Below, in pieces: positions 19,114-30,688 of a DNA stretch of 64,000 bases. How positions within the stretch are numbered: the stretch's first letter is position 1; each line of letters opens with the position of its first letter. The position numbers and the translations under genes were made by a program. The notes under the pieces were generated by a model, which had not been told where the DNA came from, searched no databases, and was given only the letters and a program-made list of their open reading frames with translations. This DNA comes from an uncultured delta proteobacterium (lineage in GTDB: Bacteria > Desulfobacterota > RBG-13-43-22): the NCBI GenBank assembly GCA_963743305.1, contig CAVUPH010000006.1, positions 128,001 to 192,000 of the forward strand, read 5' to 3'.

Positions 19114-20055
19114 TTAATTGTTTTGTTGGACTGCCTGGCGAAGGTATTCGATGGTCAGAACCAGGCCCTCTTCCAGCTCCACTTCCGGAAACCAGTCCAA
19201 ACGCTCCTGGGCTAAAGCAATATCCGGTTTCCGCTGAATGGGATCGTCCTGGGGCAGGGGTTTGAAAATAATCGGGGCCGATGAACCGGTCATGGCTTTC
19301 ACTTTTTCGGCCAGGGACAGTATGGTGAATTCCCGGGGGTTGCCCAGGTTGACCGGGCCGGGAAAGGCCTCCTGCTCCATCATGCCCTTCAGCCCCCGCA
19401 CCATATCGGAGATGTAACAAAAAGAACGGGTCTGCCGCCCATCGCCATACACTGTCAACGGTTCACCGCGCAGGGCCTGGATGATGAGATTGCTGACCAC
19501 CCGGCCGTCGTCCAGGGCCATCCTCGGGCCATAGGTATTGAAAATCCGTACAATTCGGATATCCACCCGGTGCTGGCGGTGATAATCCATCATTAAGGTC
19601 TCGGCGACCCGCTTTCCTTCGTCGTAACAGGCCCGTGGTCCGATGCAGTGGACGTTGCCCCAATAGGTTTCTTTCTGGGGATGCACGGCCGGGTCCCCAT
19701 AGACCTCCGAAGTGGAGGCCTGCAGGATTCGGGCCTTGACCCGTTTGGCCAATCCGAGCATGTTCAGAGTGCCCATGACGTTCGTTTTGACGGTTTTAAC
19801 CGGATTGAACTGGTAGTGGATGGGCGATGCCGGACAGGCCAGATTATAGATTTGATCCACCTCCAGGACGATGGGGTTGATAATATCATGTCGCAGCAAC
19901 TCAAAATGAGGATTATCCCGCAGATGAAGGATATTCTCCTTCGATCCGGTATAATAGTTATCCAGGCAAACTACATCATTTCCATCCTGGAGCAAAACTT
20001 CGCAGAGGTGACTGCCGATAAAGCCGGCCCCCCCCGTCACGAGAATTTTTTTCAT
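19114..20055 (-). CDS. UDP-glucuronate decarboxylase family (UXS-like)
   Basis: [33 protein letters not shown]. Confidence 0.93.
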   Translation of the reverse strand: MKKILVTGGAGFIGSHLCEVLLQDGNDVVCLDNYYTGSKENILHLRDNPHFELLRHDIINPIVLEVDQIYNLACPASPIHYQFNPVKTVKTNVMGTLNMLGLAKRVKARILQASTSEVYGDPAVHPQKETYWGNVHCIGPRACYDEGKRVAETLMMDYHRQHRVDIRIVRIFNTYGPRMALDDGRVVSNLIIQALRGEPLTVYGDGRQTRSFCYISDMVRGLKGMMEQEAFPGPVNLGNPREFTILSLAEKVKAMTGSSAPIIFKPLPQDDPIQRKPDIALAQERLDWFPEVELEEGLVLTIEYLRQAVQQNN

Positions 20056-20066
20056 GCCTTCCCCTT

Positions 20067-20199
20067 TAGGTGCTTATTCCATTGTTCTGAGAATTGGTCG
20101 CTAACAACGGAGGTAAGAATCTACTATAAAAAACGTTCTTTAAAATCCTTTTTAGAGGTTTTTTATTACAGCCAAAAAAACTCGATTTTTTTTGGCTAG
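20067..20199. repeat. Repeat family R2 copy
   Basis: TAGGTGCTTATTCCATTGTTCTGAGAATTGGTCGCTAACAACGG...TTTTTGGCTAG. Confidence 0.75.
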
Positions 20200-20348
20200 T
20201 CCGAAGATGATAGCAGTATTGGCATGAGTCACCCGATTTGTCAAGTCCGTCAACCATCCCAACTCATTGAAAGAAATAAAATTAGTCCTTTACCCCTTTC
20301 CAAATATATGCTACCGTTTGAGTTTCAAGAACAGATTCGAATGATCAA

Positions 20349-20652
20349 GTTTGACGGACTCGCAAGAAGTCCGTCAGCAGCCCGAGCGCGATTAAGCGCC
20401 GGGCTGGGGTAGGGGTGGAACCATTTGAATTCACTTCAAATGGCGGGGGAGGGGAAGCCCTCCCCCGCCGAGCAGAAAGTCGTTTTTTGACTTTTTGCGA
20501 GGTCATCAAGTTTGATGGTTTGGCAAAAAGTCCCCTGGGCTCTCATTGCGAGGAGTGAAGCGACGAAGCAATCTCGTATTGTAGGCTAGTTACCAAAGAC
20601 GAGATTGCTTCGCTTCGCTCGCAATGACGGGTTCTTGGCCTTTTTGCGAGAG
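20349..20652. repeat. two tandem IR-bounded units; second carries palindrome R3 (20543-20627)
   Basis: TTTGACGGACTCGCAAGAAGTC...GACTTTTTGCGAGGTCATCAA, then TTTGATGGTTTGGCAAAAAGTC...CTTTTTGCGAG; R3 = TCATTGCGAGGAGTGAAGCGACGAAGCAATCTC...GAGATTGCTTCGCTTCGCTCGCAATGA. Confidence 0.85.
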
Positions 20653-20670
20653 GCTCTGAGGAGGGACGTT

Positions 20671-21012
20671 TTGGCTGATAAAATACTCTACCCGGAAATG
20701 ATCGAACAATTGCCGGATATCGATATTCCCATCCCGGGGGTCCGGGGTAAACTCTTTCAGGGCGAGGGCCGGCAGGCCGTGTTCTTTTCCGTGGAGACCA
20801 CAGGGGAAATCCCTCCCCATCAGCACCAGGCCCAATGGGGGGTGGTGCTGGAAGGGGAGATGCAGATGACCATCGGCGGGGTTACTCAAAGGTACGAAAA
20901 GGGGGATTCCTATTTTATTCCCGCCGGCGTCACCCATTCGATTCAAATCCTTTCTCCCCTGAAGGCTCTGGATTTTTTTGATGAACCGGCCCGCTACCGG
21001 CCCAAACCCTAG
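20671..21012 (+). CDS. cupin domain protein
   Basis: IPPHQHQAQWG, YFIPAGVTH; TTG start after GAGGAGG. Confidence 0.88.
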   Translation: MADKILYPEMIEQLPDIDIPIPGVRGKLFQGEGRQAVFFSVETTGEIPPHQHQAQWGVVLEGEMQMTIGGVTQRYEKGDSYFIPAGVTHSIQILSPLKALDFFDEPARYRPKP

Positions 21013-21102
21013 CCAAAAATATTTGAAAATTTTCTTTTTATCTTTAAATGTTTACCTCCATTGTTCTGAGAATTTGTCTCTAACAATAGAGGTAAACATT
21101 TA
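21010..21102. repeat. Repeat family R2 copy
   Basis: TAGCCAAAAATATTTG...TAAATGTTTACCTCCATTGTT-CTGAGAATTTGTCTCT-AACAATAGAGGTAAACATTTA. Confidence 0.75.
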
Positions 21103-21118
21103 GAGGAGGAGACCACCG

Positions 21119-22300
21119 ATGGCCATAGCTCAAAAAATAAAAAACTCCATGGAGCAGTCCTCCTGGATCCGAAAGATGTTTGAACAGGGGGCACTGCTCA
21201 AGGCCCAATACGGAGCCGATCAGGTCTGTGATTTCAGCCTGGGCAACCCGAACCTGGAACCGCCGCTGGTGGTCCATCAGGCCCTCATTAAAATCCTTCA
21301 GGAATCCCCGGCCGCCCTGCACGCCTACATGCCCAACGCCGGGTACCCGGAGACCCGGACCGCCGTGGCCGATTTTCTTTCCCGGGAGCACGGATTGCCG
21401 TTCACCCTCAAAGACATCATCATGACCTGCGGCGCTGCCGGGGCCATCAACGCCGTTTTAAAGGCGCTAATCAACCCTGGCGACGAAGTCATTATTTTAG
21501 CCCCCTATTTTGTCGAATACCTTTTCTATGTGGACAATTTCCAGGGCCAGCCCAAAATCGTTTCCACGAGGCCCGATTTCTTACCGGACCTTAAGGCTAT
21601 CCAGGAGGCCATTACCCCCCGGACCAAGGCGATCTTGATCAACTCTCCCAATAACCCTACCGGACGAGTCTATGGCCAAACGATTATCCGCGGTCTGGGA
21701 GATTTGCTGGCCGATTATTCACGAAAGGGGCAGGTGATCTATCTGCTGGCCGATGAACCCTACCGAAAAATCGTTTATGACGGCGTCCAGGTTCCAAGTG
21801 CCTTCCAGGCTTATAACGAAAGCATCGTGGTCACCTCTTATTCCAAAGATCTTTCCCTGCCGGGGGAGCGGATCGGTTTTCTAGCCGTGCACCCGCAAGC
21901 CCCTGATCGGGACGAATTGATTAATGCCCTGACCCTCACCAATCGCATACTGGGTTTTGTCAATGCCCCCGCTCTGATGCAGCGGGTGTTAGTCGATCTG
22001 CAGGGACAAACCGTGGACATTAACCTCTATCAAAGAAAACGCGACCTTTTCTGTGACGGACTCTCCCAGGCCGGCTATCAGTTCGATCGGCCCGAGGGGG
22101 CCTTTTATCTCTTCCCCCGCTCCCCCATTCCCGATGAGGTGGCCTTCGTCCAGGCCTTGCAGGAAGAGCGGATCCTGACCGTCCCTGGAAGGGGCTTTGG
22201 AGCCCCCGGCTATTTTCGGATCGCCTACTGTGTGGCCGACGAGGTGATCGAACGTTCCCTGCCGGGCTTTACCAGGGTCATGAAAAAATTCACCCCTTAG
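21119..22300 (+). CDS. PLP-dependent aminotransferase class I/II
   Basis: NSPNNPTG, ADEPY, SYSKDLSLPGERIG. Confidence 0.93.
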   Translation: MAIAQKIKNSMEQSSWIRKMFEQGALLKAQYGADQVCDFSLGNPNLEPPLVVHQALIKILQESPAALHAYMPNAGYPETRTAVADFLSREHGLPFTLKDIIMTCGAAGAINAVLKALINPGDEVIILAPYFVEYLFYVDNFQGQPKIVSTRPDFLPDLKAIQEAITPRTKAILINSPNNPTGRVYGQTIIRGLGDLLADYSRKGQVIYLLADEPYRKIVYDGVQVPSAFQAYNESIVVTSYSKDLSLPGERIGFLAVHPQAPDRDELINALTLTNRILGFVNAPALMQRVLVDLQGQTVDINLYQRKRDLFCDGLSQAGYQFDRPEGAFYLFPRSPIPDEVAFVQALQEERILTVPGRGFGAPGYFRIAYCVADEVIERSLPGFTRVMKKFTP

Positions 22301-22322
22301 CCCCCCTGAGTCTGTCGATGGT

Positions 22323-23369
22323 ATGAAATTAGCGGCCATCGCCCTGAGCGGCGGTGTGGACAGCGCCACGGCGGCCTGGCTGCTCCAGGAACAGGGTTTT
22401 GAGGTCCTGGGTCTGCATGCCGACTTGGGATTGACCGATCCGGCCAAGACCGCCCTCCTGCGGGAAGTGGCTGGCTTTCTCCGTATCCGTCTGGAAATCA
22501 TCCCCTTGCAGGAGGCCTTTCGGAAGCAGGTCATGGATTACCTGCTGGCGGAATACCAAAGGGCCCGGACCCCCAACCCCTGCGTGGTCTGCAACCAAAC
22601 CGTCAAATTCGAACATCTCTTCCGCGCCGCCCGGGAATCGGGGGCTGAAAAATTCGCCACCGGTCATTATGCCCGGACTGTCCTCTGCCCCTGGGGCCAG
22701 GGGTTTACTATCGGTCGGGGGGCTGACCCCGCTAAAGACCAATCCTATTTTTTGCACCGCCTTAACCGGGAAGTCCTCCCGCACCTTCTGTTTCCCTTGG
22801 GTGACCGGACTAAAACCGAAGTAAAAACCCTGGCCCGGGAATTAAGGCTTCCTGTTTTCGGGGGGGAAGAAAGCCAGGATGCCTGCTTTCTCCCGCCGGG
22901 CGGGTACCGGGAATTCTTGATCCGGGAAGCGGGGCCTACCTGGATACGGCGAGGAAATATGGTGGACCTACAGGGCCGAAAGCTGGGGGAGCACCAGGGA
23001 TTATACGCCTACACCATCGGTCAACGCCGGGGCCTGGGGCTGCCCGGGAAAGAACCCTACTATGTGGTCCGGATGGATCCCCAAAAAAATGAGCTGGTTA
23101 TTGGATCTAAAAGGGACTTGGAACAGATTAGTTGCCGGCTGGGGAAGGTCCACTGGCTTTGCCGTCCCCCGCAAATCGACGGGCTGAGGGTCCAAGTGCA
23201 GATCCGCTACCGCCACCCTCCGGCTTCAGCCAACCTCTCTCTGAAATCGGATCAAAACCTCTGGGTTCACTTTGACCACCCCGAGAAAGCCGTCACTCCC
23301 GGCCAGGCCGCTGTAATCTATTTGGACGGCACGGTGCTGGGCGGCGGCTGGATTGAATCCAATCTTTAA
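22323..23369 (+). CDS. mnmA: tRNA 2-thiouridine synthase
   Basis: SGGVDS, TPNPCVVCN, ATGHYA, KDQSYFL, TPGQAAV. Confidence 0.96.
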   Translation: MKLAAIALSGGVDSATAAWLLQEQGFEVLGLHADLGLTDPAKTALLREVAGFLRIRLEIIPLQEAFRKQVMDYLLAEYQRARTPNPCVVCNQTVKFEHLFRAARESGAEKFATGHYARTVLCPWGQGFTIGRGADPAKDQSYFLHRLNREVLPHLLFPLGDRTKTEVKTLARELRLPVFGGEESQDACFLPPGGYREFLIREAGPTWIRRGNMVDLQGRKLGEHQGLYAYTIGQRRGLGLPGKEPYYVVRMDPQKNELVIGSKRDLEQISCRLGKVHWLCRPPQIDGLRVQVQIRYRHPPASANLSLKSDQNLWVHFDHPEKAVTPGQAAVIYLDGTVLGGGWIESNL

Positions 23370-23379
23370 AAAAGTGAAA

Positions 23380-24687
23380 ATGAAAAAAGTCGCCATTCAG
23401 ACCTTTGGCTGCAAAGTCAACCAGTTCGAATCCGAGGCCCTGATTCGGGCCTTTCAGGAACGGGGCTGGAATCCGGTGCCTTTCCAGGAAGCCGCCGACC
23501 TCTATCTGATCAATACCTGCGCCGTGACCGCCGAGGCCCAGCGCCAGTCGGCCCAAGCCGTGCGCGGGGCCATCCGTCGCTCTCCGGAGGCCCTGATTGC
23601 CGCCGCCGGGTGCGCCGCTCAACTCTTCCCGGACTATTTCAGCCAGATAGCCGGATTGGACTACCTCTTCGGGACCGGGAATAAATTGCGGTTCCCTTCC
23701 AGCGATGATTTTTCCCGAAAACCCGCTTCTCTTCAGATCCGGCTTGAACCGGTTTCTTCCTTTCCGCCCTTATCCCTGGAATGCCCGAATCCCTTATTTC
23801 GTACCCGGGCGGTTTTCCGCATCCAGGAAGGCTGCGACGCCCACTGCAGCTACTGTGTCGTCCCGCAGGCCCGCGGACCTTCCCGTAGCCTGTCACCCGA
23901 GCAGGTCCGAGAGGGCCTCTTCCGTTTAGAAGCCTCGGGGATCCTGGAGATAATTCTGACCGGTATTCATTTGGGTCAATACGGACGGGACCTCCAGCCC
24001 CCCTGGAGTTTGACCGAATTACTGCGAGAGGTACTGAAAACTCCCGGACGACCTTTTCTACGCTTGAGTTCCCTGGAAATGCATGAGATCACGCCGGACC
24101 TGATTTCTCTGTTTCAAAAAGAACCGCGGCTGTGTTCACACCTGCATATCCCGCTGCAAAGCGGCGACGGACGTATTCTTACTCGAATGAGCCGACCCTA
24201 CTCGACTGTTGAATACGCAGACCTCCTCCACCGACTCCACGCCGAACTTCCTTTAGCGTCTTTGGGGGCGGACGTCATCGTGGGTTTTCCCGGGGAAGAT
24301 GAAGACGCTTTTCAACGAACCCATGATTTGATTGCCACTCTGCCTTTGGCCTATCTCCACGTCTTCCCCTATTCCCCTCGGCCCGGCACGTCGGCCGCCC
24401 TTTTTACCGGACAGGTCCCGGCCGGGGAGAAGAAAGAGCGCGCCCGGCGGCTCCGGGCCTTGGATCGAGACAAGCGATCTGAGTTTTACGGGCGATGTGT
24501 CGGGCAAGAGTTCTCGGCCTTGGTGCTCCGTACAACCGACCCGGATGGCTGGTGTGAAGGAGTGACCGACAATTATTTGCCCATTCGATTCCAGGGGCTT
24601 TTCCACCCGAACACCCGTCTCCGGGTCCGAATCACCGGACGAGACGGAAAAGGGATATTGGCTGAACCTTTGAATGAATGGATTTGA
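23380..24687 (+). CDS. mtaB: tRNA t6A methylthiotransferase (radical SAM)
   Basis: TFGCKVNQFES, INTCAVT, QEGCDAHCSYC, HVFPYSPRPGT. Confidence 0.92.
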   Translation: MKKVAIQTFGCKVNQFESEALIRAFQERGWNPVPFQEAADLYLINTCAVTAEAQRQSAQAVRGAIRRSPEALIAAAGCAAQLFPDYFSQIAGLDYLFGTGNKLRFPSSDDFSRKPASLQIRLEPVSSFPPLSLECPNPLFRTRAVFRIQEGCDAHCSYCVVPQARGPSRSLSPEQVREGLFRLEASGILEIILTGIHLGQYGRDLQPPWSLTELLREVLKTPGRPFLRLSSLEMHEITPDLISLFQKEPRLCSHLHIPLQSGDGRILTRMSRPYSTVEYADLLHRLHAELPLASLGADVIVGFPGEDEDAFQRTHDLIATLPLAYLHVFPYSPRPGTSAALFTGQVPAGEKKERARRLRALDRDKRSEFYGRCVGQEFSALVLRTTDPDGWCEGVTDNYLPIRFQGLFHPNTRLRVRITGRDGKGILAEPLNEWI

Positions 24688-24962
24688 AAATCCGGATTAT
24701 TCATGGTATTAGTATAAAAACAGCTTTTACCCGCGGGGCTCCCCCACACCTCCACCCGCGTGGGGGGGGGAAAGAGGGAGCTTAAGAAACGATCCGAGTC
24801 CTCTAGCTTCCCTCCCCGCTGGGGGAGGGGACTTCGACATGAGCTCAGTCGAACGATTGAGTAGAAGGATAACTCGGGATTTTCATGCTTCGCGAGTGCT
24901 TCCCCAGGGCGGGGGAGTAAAATACCAAACCAGAGGGTTATCCCGGAAAGAGGAGCCAACCG

Positions 24963-25601
24963 ATGAAAGTCAAAAATAGAATGACCACCGATGTCACCAC
25001 CCTGACCCCGGATACGACCATGCTTCGAGCCATGACCATCATTCAGCAGAAGGGAATCCGCCATTTGCCGGTTATCCAGGGAAAACAGGTCGTAGGTATG
25101 GTTACCGAACGGGATATCCGGCGGATGAGCGCCTCGGATTCCTCTACGCTGTCGATCTATGAGCTGAACTACCTGCTGGATAAGATTAAGGTCTCCCAGT
25201 TTATGACCAAGAAAGTTTTTACCGTGGATCCCGATGAACCCATCGAAGTGGCGGCCAAGCAGATTTATGACCACAAGATCGGTTCCCTGCCGGTGGTAAA
25301 AAACGGCGAACTGGTGGGGTTGATCACCAGTTCGGATATTTTGGAAACATTCATCGAGGTCCTGGGCATCAATGAGCCCAGTGTCCGCATCGAATTAGAA
25401 CTGGAGAACCGCACCGGTTCCTTGGCCGACGCGGCCAAGATCATCAAGGACTTGGGGCTCTATCTGGTCAGCGCGGTCACCCTGCCCAAAACCGAAGGTC
25501 TAACTCGAGCCACGGTTTTCCGCGTTCAGCCCACGGATTTGAAAAAACTAAAGGAGCAACTCAGCGCCGCCGGTCCTCCCATCGTGTCCGTCCACGACTA
25601 A
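24963..25601 (+). CDS. CBS + ACT domain protein (AcuB-like)
   Basis: IRHLPV, TLSIYELNYLL, KIGSLPVV, C-terminal ACT-like region. Confidence 0.9.
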   Translation: MKVKNRMTTDVTTLTPDTTMLRAMTIIQQKGIRHLPVIQGKQVVGMVTERDIRRMSASDSSTLSIYELNYLLDKIKVSQFMTKKVFTVDPDEPIEVAAKQIYDHKIGSLPVVKNGELVGLITSSDILETFIEVLGINEPSVRIELELENRTGSLADAAKIIKDLGLYLVSAVTLPKTEGLTRATVFRVQPTDLKKLKEQLSAAGPPIVSVHD

Positions 25602-25616
25602 GCCGTTTTCTTTATC

Positions 25617-25836
25617 GGCGCTTCGCCCTTTTGGGTGGGTACCCTCCCAAAAGGGCGAAGCGCCAAATGATCTAAAAGCAGGCCCAAGCCTAGAGACCTT
25701 TAACGCCTTTCCACCCGGCCCTGCTTCCAAGACGATTTGAAGCCTCCGGGGCCGGGTTAGAACTGAAGAAAGAAGTGTGGAAAACCCTTTCCCCGAGACC
25801 CAGACGGCCACGGGAGCTTGGATCCGGGTTTTAATC
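25617..25836. repeat. Repeat family R1 copy B
   Basis: Hairpin GGCGCTTCGCCCTTTTGGG...CCCAAAAGGGCGAAGCGCC (25617-25664) then R1 body (GCAGGCCC, GGCCGGGTTAGAAC, TGGAAAACCCTTT). Confidence 0.85.
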
Positions 25837-26904
25837 GTCCGCGCCGAGACAGAGATCATCCGTATTCAAGTAAACCACGCCGTATTCCCTGTTTTTGCCT
25901 CCCAGCAGGATCAGCGTCTTATCTTCCACGCTTTCAATTTTTCGCATTTCCGGATGATCGAAGACCTTGACCCGGTCCCATTTAATCCCATCGACCGTCC
26001 GATATAGGGCGGAAGTCCCCTGACGGCTTTCCCAACCGGAGTCGGCCAGTGCGAATAAATATCGACCGCAGGCGGCCAGACTCGTCACCCCGTTCATATG
26101 AATATCGGCCAGTACTTCCACCCGCTTCAACCCATCATAACGGTAGATTCCGGCCGTGTTAGGGGCCTGTCGATTGTTGCTCCACCCGCCGGTCCCCAGA
26201 TAAAGAGTTCCATTCCAGGAAAAGGCGCATTGATATTCAGCCCCCCCTTCCAAGGAAGGAACAGGGTCATAACGACGTCCATCCCCGGTCCTGAACGCCG
26301 TGGCCTTCCCCTGGGAATAAGGGGTCCCCTGGTGCCCTAATAGATAAAGCGATCCCTGGAAAACGACGGGAACCCAAGCCCAGTCGCCCAGGGCGACGAC
26401 TTCCTCGAACCTTTTCCCATCCGCAGACCGCAACACCTTTATCCCTTTTTTGAAACTACCGGTCAGGTAGAGTTGATTTTGAAAAACCTGCGCGAAAAAA
26501 ATCCCCTCCGAGGGCGGAATGGGCACCGGATCCCAGTTACCGGTCTCCCGATTCCAGCGGCGAATTTCTGAGGGACTTTTTTCAACCAAGGCATAAAGGG
26601 CATTTCGGAAAACGATAAAATCCAGTACGGCTTCCGCCGGATCATCCGGATGGGGAAGGATGCTCCCTTTCATCCCTGAACCCAACTGATCGAATTTTGC
26701 GGAATAAACCGCGCCCGGGCTGTGGGTCCCGGCGAAAATCAACCCTTCAAAAAATTTTCCGGATACAAACCGCGAAGCCTGTTTGTCCTTAAAGAAAAAG
26801 GCCTTCCATCCTTTTTCCCCGGAAAGGGCGGGAGGCACTATCGACAAAAGATAAGGGAGAAAAAGGGCTAAGAAAAAAATTAAACGGAAAAGGAGTCGGA
26901 ACAT
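25831..26904 (-). CDS. exported hypothetical protein, probable beta-propeller
   Basis: Signal peptide; repeated VFxNxLY and RSxDGxxW/F motifs. Confidence 0.75.
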   Translation of the reverse strand: MFRLLFRLIFFLALFLPYLLSIVPPALSGEKGWKAFFFKDKQASRFVSGKFFEGLIFAGTHSPGAVYSAKFDQLGSGMKGSILPHPDDPAEAVLDFIVFRNALYALVEKSPSEIRRWNRETGNWDPVPIPPSEGIFFAQVFQNQLYLTGSFKKGIKVLRSADGKRFEEVVALGDWAWVPVVFQGSLYLLGHQGTPYSQGKATAFRTGDGRRYDPVPSLEGGAEYQCAFSWNGTLYLGTGGWSNNRQAPNTAGIYRYDGLKRVEVLADIHMNGVTSLAACGRYLFALADSGWESRQGTSALYRTVDGIKWDRVKVFDHPEMRKIESVEDKTLILLGGKNREYGVVYLNTDDLCLGADD

Positions 26905-26930
26905 GGAATGATATAGTTAACTATTTTATA

Positions 26931-29360
26931 TTATGTTGGCAAACACCCAGGGTCTCCCTGATCCAGGATCTCCCGAATTTTTACGGAAACCTCTTTCAGA
27001 TCGAAAGGTTTCTGGATAAATCCCTGGCATCCCTGGCCCAGGATCTCTCTGGCTAGGCCGTTGATGCTGTAGCCGCTGGAAAGAAGCACTTTAACCTCAG
27101 GATTCAGCTTTTTCAGGATTTGGAAAGTTTCCCCGCCGCCCATGCCCGGCATGACCAGGTCCAGGATCACCAGATCGATTTCCCCCGCTTTTTGGGAGTA
27201 GAGATCCAGGGCCTCTCGGCCGTTATGGGCCACGAATACCGTATACCCCAATTTTTCCAATAATTGGGCTGCCACTTGGAGGATGATCTCCTCGTCGTCC
27301 ACCAGCAGGATCCCTTCCTGGCCCGTCATGAGGGTGGCCTGCTCTTTCTTTTCTTCTTCGACCGACTTGGCGGAGGCGGGAATATAGAAATTAAAGGTGG
27401 TCCCCCGGTCCGGCTCGCTGTAGACCGTGATGAATCCCTCGTGTCCCTTAATGATCCCGTAAACGGTCGCCAGTCCCAGGCCGGTCCCCCGCCCTCGCTC
27501 CTTGGTGGTAAAAAAAGGCTCGAAGATCCTTTGTTTGGTTTCCTCATCCATCCCGATCCCGGTGTCGGTCACCGAGGTCTTCACATAATTTCCCAATTTG
27601 ACCTCAAAAGGCTGGACATAATGCTCATCTAAGAAAACGTTTTGGGTTTCCAAGTAGAGATCCCCTCCCTGGGGCATGGCTTGCCAGGCATTGACCAGCA
27701 GATTAAGGAGGACCTGTTCCATCTGCCCCCGATCGACTTCCACCGTCCACACCCCCCGGGCAAATTTTTTGTGAATCCTCAGGCCCTTTTGGGTCCGCCC
27801 AAACAGGGCGGAAGCCTTGTCGATCAAGTCGTTGAGATCGGTGGCTTTGACCTGGTATTTCCCCCTTCGGGCAAACCCCAGCAATTGTTTGGTCAGGTCC
27901 GCCCCGCTGCGCACGCAGCCTTCGATATGCTGCAAGCGCTCCCGGTCCGGGTGAGGGGAAGGCAGGTCCATGAGCATCAGGGAAACATTCCCTTGGATAG
28001 CCATCAGCAGGTTGTTAAAGTCATGGGCGATCCCCCCGGCCAGGGTCCCCACCGCCTCCATCTTCTGGGCCTGAATAAGCTGAATCTCCAGTTTCTTTCG
28101 ATCGGTGATGTCTTCGTAAATGACTAATTGGTCCCCGGTTTCCATGGACACCGGGCTGAAATGAATGACCTTTTCCTCCCCGTCTTTACAGATCACCTTA
28201 AAAGTCCTCGGACGGGACTCGCCGCTGGGAAAATCCCGCAGGTCTTGCAACCACTGGGCTACGACTTCGTGCCGATAAGCCACATCCGGATAGGCTTTCC
28301 GGAACCATTCCCGTCCGTCCGGGATATCTTCCAGCGTATAACCGAAAATGGCAGTAAATTTGGGGTTGAGGTATTTGCAGCGGCCCTCCGGCCCCATCAA
28401 GGAGACGCCCAAAGGAGAGGCATCGATCAGGATCTGAAATCTTTCTTTCTCCCTTTTTAAATTCTCCTCCACTCTTTTCAGTTCGGTGATGTCCAACCCA
28501 TATACATTGACATACCCTTCCTCGGATACCGCGGCCACGGTAAAAGAGAAAGTACGGTCATGTATCCGGTCTTCCCATTGCCGGGACGTTCCCGAAGACA
28601 AGACCTCTTTGATGACCTTATCCAGCTCCGTTGGGACTTGGCTGCCGGTTTCCTTTTTCCAGTGTCGCAACAGGGCTTCACTGGCCAGATTGTAATATAA
28701 TAGGGTCCCGTCCATCTGGATCCGTAATACGGGATTGGGGTTCTCACCGGGGAACTTGGCCAATTTTCTGATCTCATCCTGGGCTCGTTTCTTTTCAGTG
28801 ATATCTTCAAAGATCGAATAAACCTGAAAAGGCTGATCTTCTCCCGGCCGGAACTGAGGTACGGCATGGATATTGATCCAGGCATAATCTTTGCTTGCGG
28901 GATGATAGACCCCCATGATTACATTTTTCACTTCCTGGCCCGTCTCCAGGGCCTTTATGGCCGGGTGGGTTTCCCCGGGAAAATCGGATCCGTCCTCATG
29001 AAGGGCCCGCCAGAGGGGATCCACGGAGGTGCGTCCCAGCAGTTGATCGTGGGTCAGTCCCAGGATCCGTTCGGCCGCCGGGTTGGCGCGGAGGATTTCC
29101 CCGTGGCGGTCCTGATAAACCACCCCCAAAGGCAGAGTTTCAAATAAAACTTGAAAGCGCTCCTCACTGGCACGGAGCGCTTCTTCGCTTTTTTTTTGCT
29201 GCGCCATACGGGCCTCCAGTTGAGCGATCCGCCGGCGCAATTCCTCGGCTTCCTCTTTCATTTCGCTGCTCGTCTGCTCCTGATCTTCCCTGTTTTCCTT
29301 AGTCCAATGATTCACCAATAGCTCGAGGACTTCAGGCAATTTGCCCCGTTCCAAGGTCAC
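26931..29360 (-). CDS. hybrid PAS sensor histidine kinase/response regulator
   Basis: PAS repeats, [25 protein letters not shown], receiver ILDLVMP; start uncertain. Confidence 0.93.
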   Translation of the reverse strand: MTLERGKLPEVLELLVNHWTKENREDQEQTSSEMKEEAEELRRRIAQLEARMAQQKKSEEALRASEERFQVLFETLPLGVVYQDRHGEILRANPAAERILGLTHDQLLGRTSVDPLWRALHEDGSDFPGETHPAIKALETGQEVKNVIMGVYHPASKDYAWINIHAVPQFRPGEDQPFQVYSIFEDITEKKRAQDEIRKLAKFPGENPNPVLRIQMDGTLLYYNLASEALLRHWKKETGSQVPTELDKVIKEVLSSGTSRQWEDRIHDRTFSFTVAAVSEEGYVNVYGLDITELKRVEENLKREKERFQILIDASPLGVSLMGPEGRCKYLNPKFTAIFGYTLEDIPDGREWFRKAYPDVAYRHEVVAQWLQDLRDFPSGESRPRTFKVICKDGEEKVIHFSPVSMETGDQLVIYEDITDRKKLEIQLIQAQKMEAVGTLAGGIAHDFNNLLMAIQGNVSLMLMDLPSPHPDRERLQHIEGCVRSGADLTKQLLGFARRGKYQVKATDLNDLIDKASALFGRTQKGLRIHKKFARGVWTVEVDRGQMEQVLLNLLVNAWQAMPQGGDLYLETQNVFLDEHYVQPFEVKLGNYVKTSVTDTGIGMDEETKQRIFEPFFTTKERGRGTGLGLATVYGIIKGHEGFITVYSEPDRGTTFNFYIPASAKSVEEEKKEQATLMTGQEGILLVDDEEIILQVAAQLLEKLGYTVFVAHNGREALDLYSQKAGEIDLVILDLVMPGMGGGETFQILKKLNPEVKVLLSSGYSINGLAREILGQGCQGFIQKPFDLKEVSVKIREILDQGDPGCLPT

Positions 29361-29446
29361 CCCATCTAAAAATCACTATTTCAAATTGAACTTCAATGAA
29401 TCTTATTGTATTTTATGGAAAGAGTCAAATACGGAGGAGGACCCTA

Positions 29447-30476
29447 ATGGAAACGACCGAATGGAATCCGGGAAAGCTATTGGAAGTCTCGGGAAGCTAT
29501 TGGAAGGCCTGCACCCTGCACGCCGGCGTCAAGCTCGAAATTTTTTCCCTGATCGGGGACCGGTCCCGCACGGCCCGGGATATCGCCGATGACCTGAAAG
29601 GCGATCTCAGGGGAGTGACCATGCTGCTGAACGCCCTCTCCGCCCTGGGACTGTTGTCCAAAAAGGAAAACGCCTATGCCAACAGGGACATCAGTAAAAC
29701 CTTTCTGAAGAAGGATTCGCCGCAGTATCTCGGCTATATGGTCATGCACCATCACCACCTGGTGGAGTCCTGGAGCAAACTGGACCAAGGGGTCATCACC
29801 GGCAAGGCGACCCGGTCCCGGTCCGGCTTCGAAGAAGCGGTGGTGCGGGAAAGTTTTCTCATGGGCATGTTCAATATGGCCATGAACCTGGCCCCCCGGA
29901 TCGTTCCGCAGATAGACCTCTCCGGCCGCAAACACCTGCTGGATCTGGGGGGAGGTCCGGGTACCTACGCCATCCATTTCTGCCTGAAGAACCCCGGGTT
30001 GAAGGCCACGGTCTATGACCTGCCCACCACCCGGTCCTTTGCCGAAAAAACCATCGCTCGTTTCGGGTTGTCCGATCGCATTGAATTCCAGGAAGGCGAT
30101 TACCTGGAGGGATCGATTCAGGGGACCTTTGATGTGGTCTGGCTGTCCCATATTCTCCATGGGGAAGGACCGGAGGATTGTCAGCGAATGATCCGGAAAG
30201 CCGTTTCCAGCTTAGCGCCCGGCGGATTGATTTTGATCCACGAATTTATCTTGAACGACGAAATGGACGGCCCGGTCTTCCCGGCCCTTTTTTCCCTGAA
30301 TATGCTCTTGGGAACGGAAAACGGCCAGTCCTATTCCGATCGTCAGACTCCGGGAGATGCTGGTCCAGGCCGGGGTCCGGGAACTCCGGCGAATCCCCGT
30401 TCAGACGCCGAATGATTCCGGAATCATTCAGGGAAGGATCGAGGGTACCGAGACGGACCGAAGAAACCATGATTAA
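29447..30476 (+). CDS. SAM-dependent O-methyltransferase; apparent +1 frameshift at ~30347
   Basis: LLDLGGGPG, WLSHILH, FSLNML; dropping A30347 gives YSDRQLREMLVQAGV... Confidence 0.85.
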
Positions 30477-30520
30477 GAAAACCTTCGCCGGCTCCACCCA
30501 ACCGTTCTGTCCCGTCTTTC

Positions 30521-30647
30521 GTAGGGTCGGCGACCCCGCCGAACACCTCGGACTTGGGGTTCACCACCTTTTTGGGCTAATCGTTCTATTCCCACTGCAA
30601 GCACCCATTCTCCTTACCATCCAGGCCGGCGGGGTCGCCGGCCCTAC
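30521..30647. repeat. GTAG-type REP inverted pair
   Basis: GTAGGGTCGGCGACCCCGCCG...CGGCGGGGTCGCCGGCCCTAC. Confidence 0.8.
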
Positions 30648-30688
30648 TTTTCCTTGTTGAACCCGACCGGATATGATAATGGAAAAGC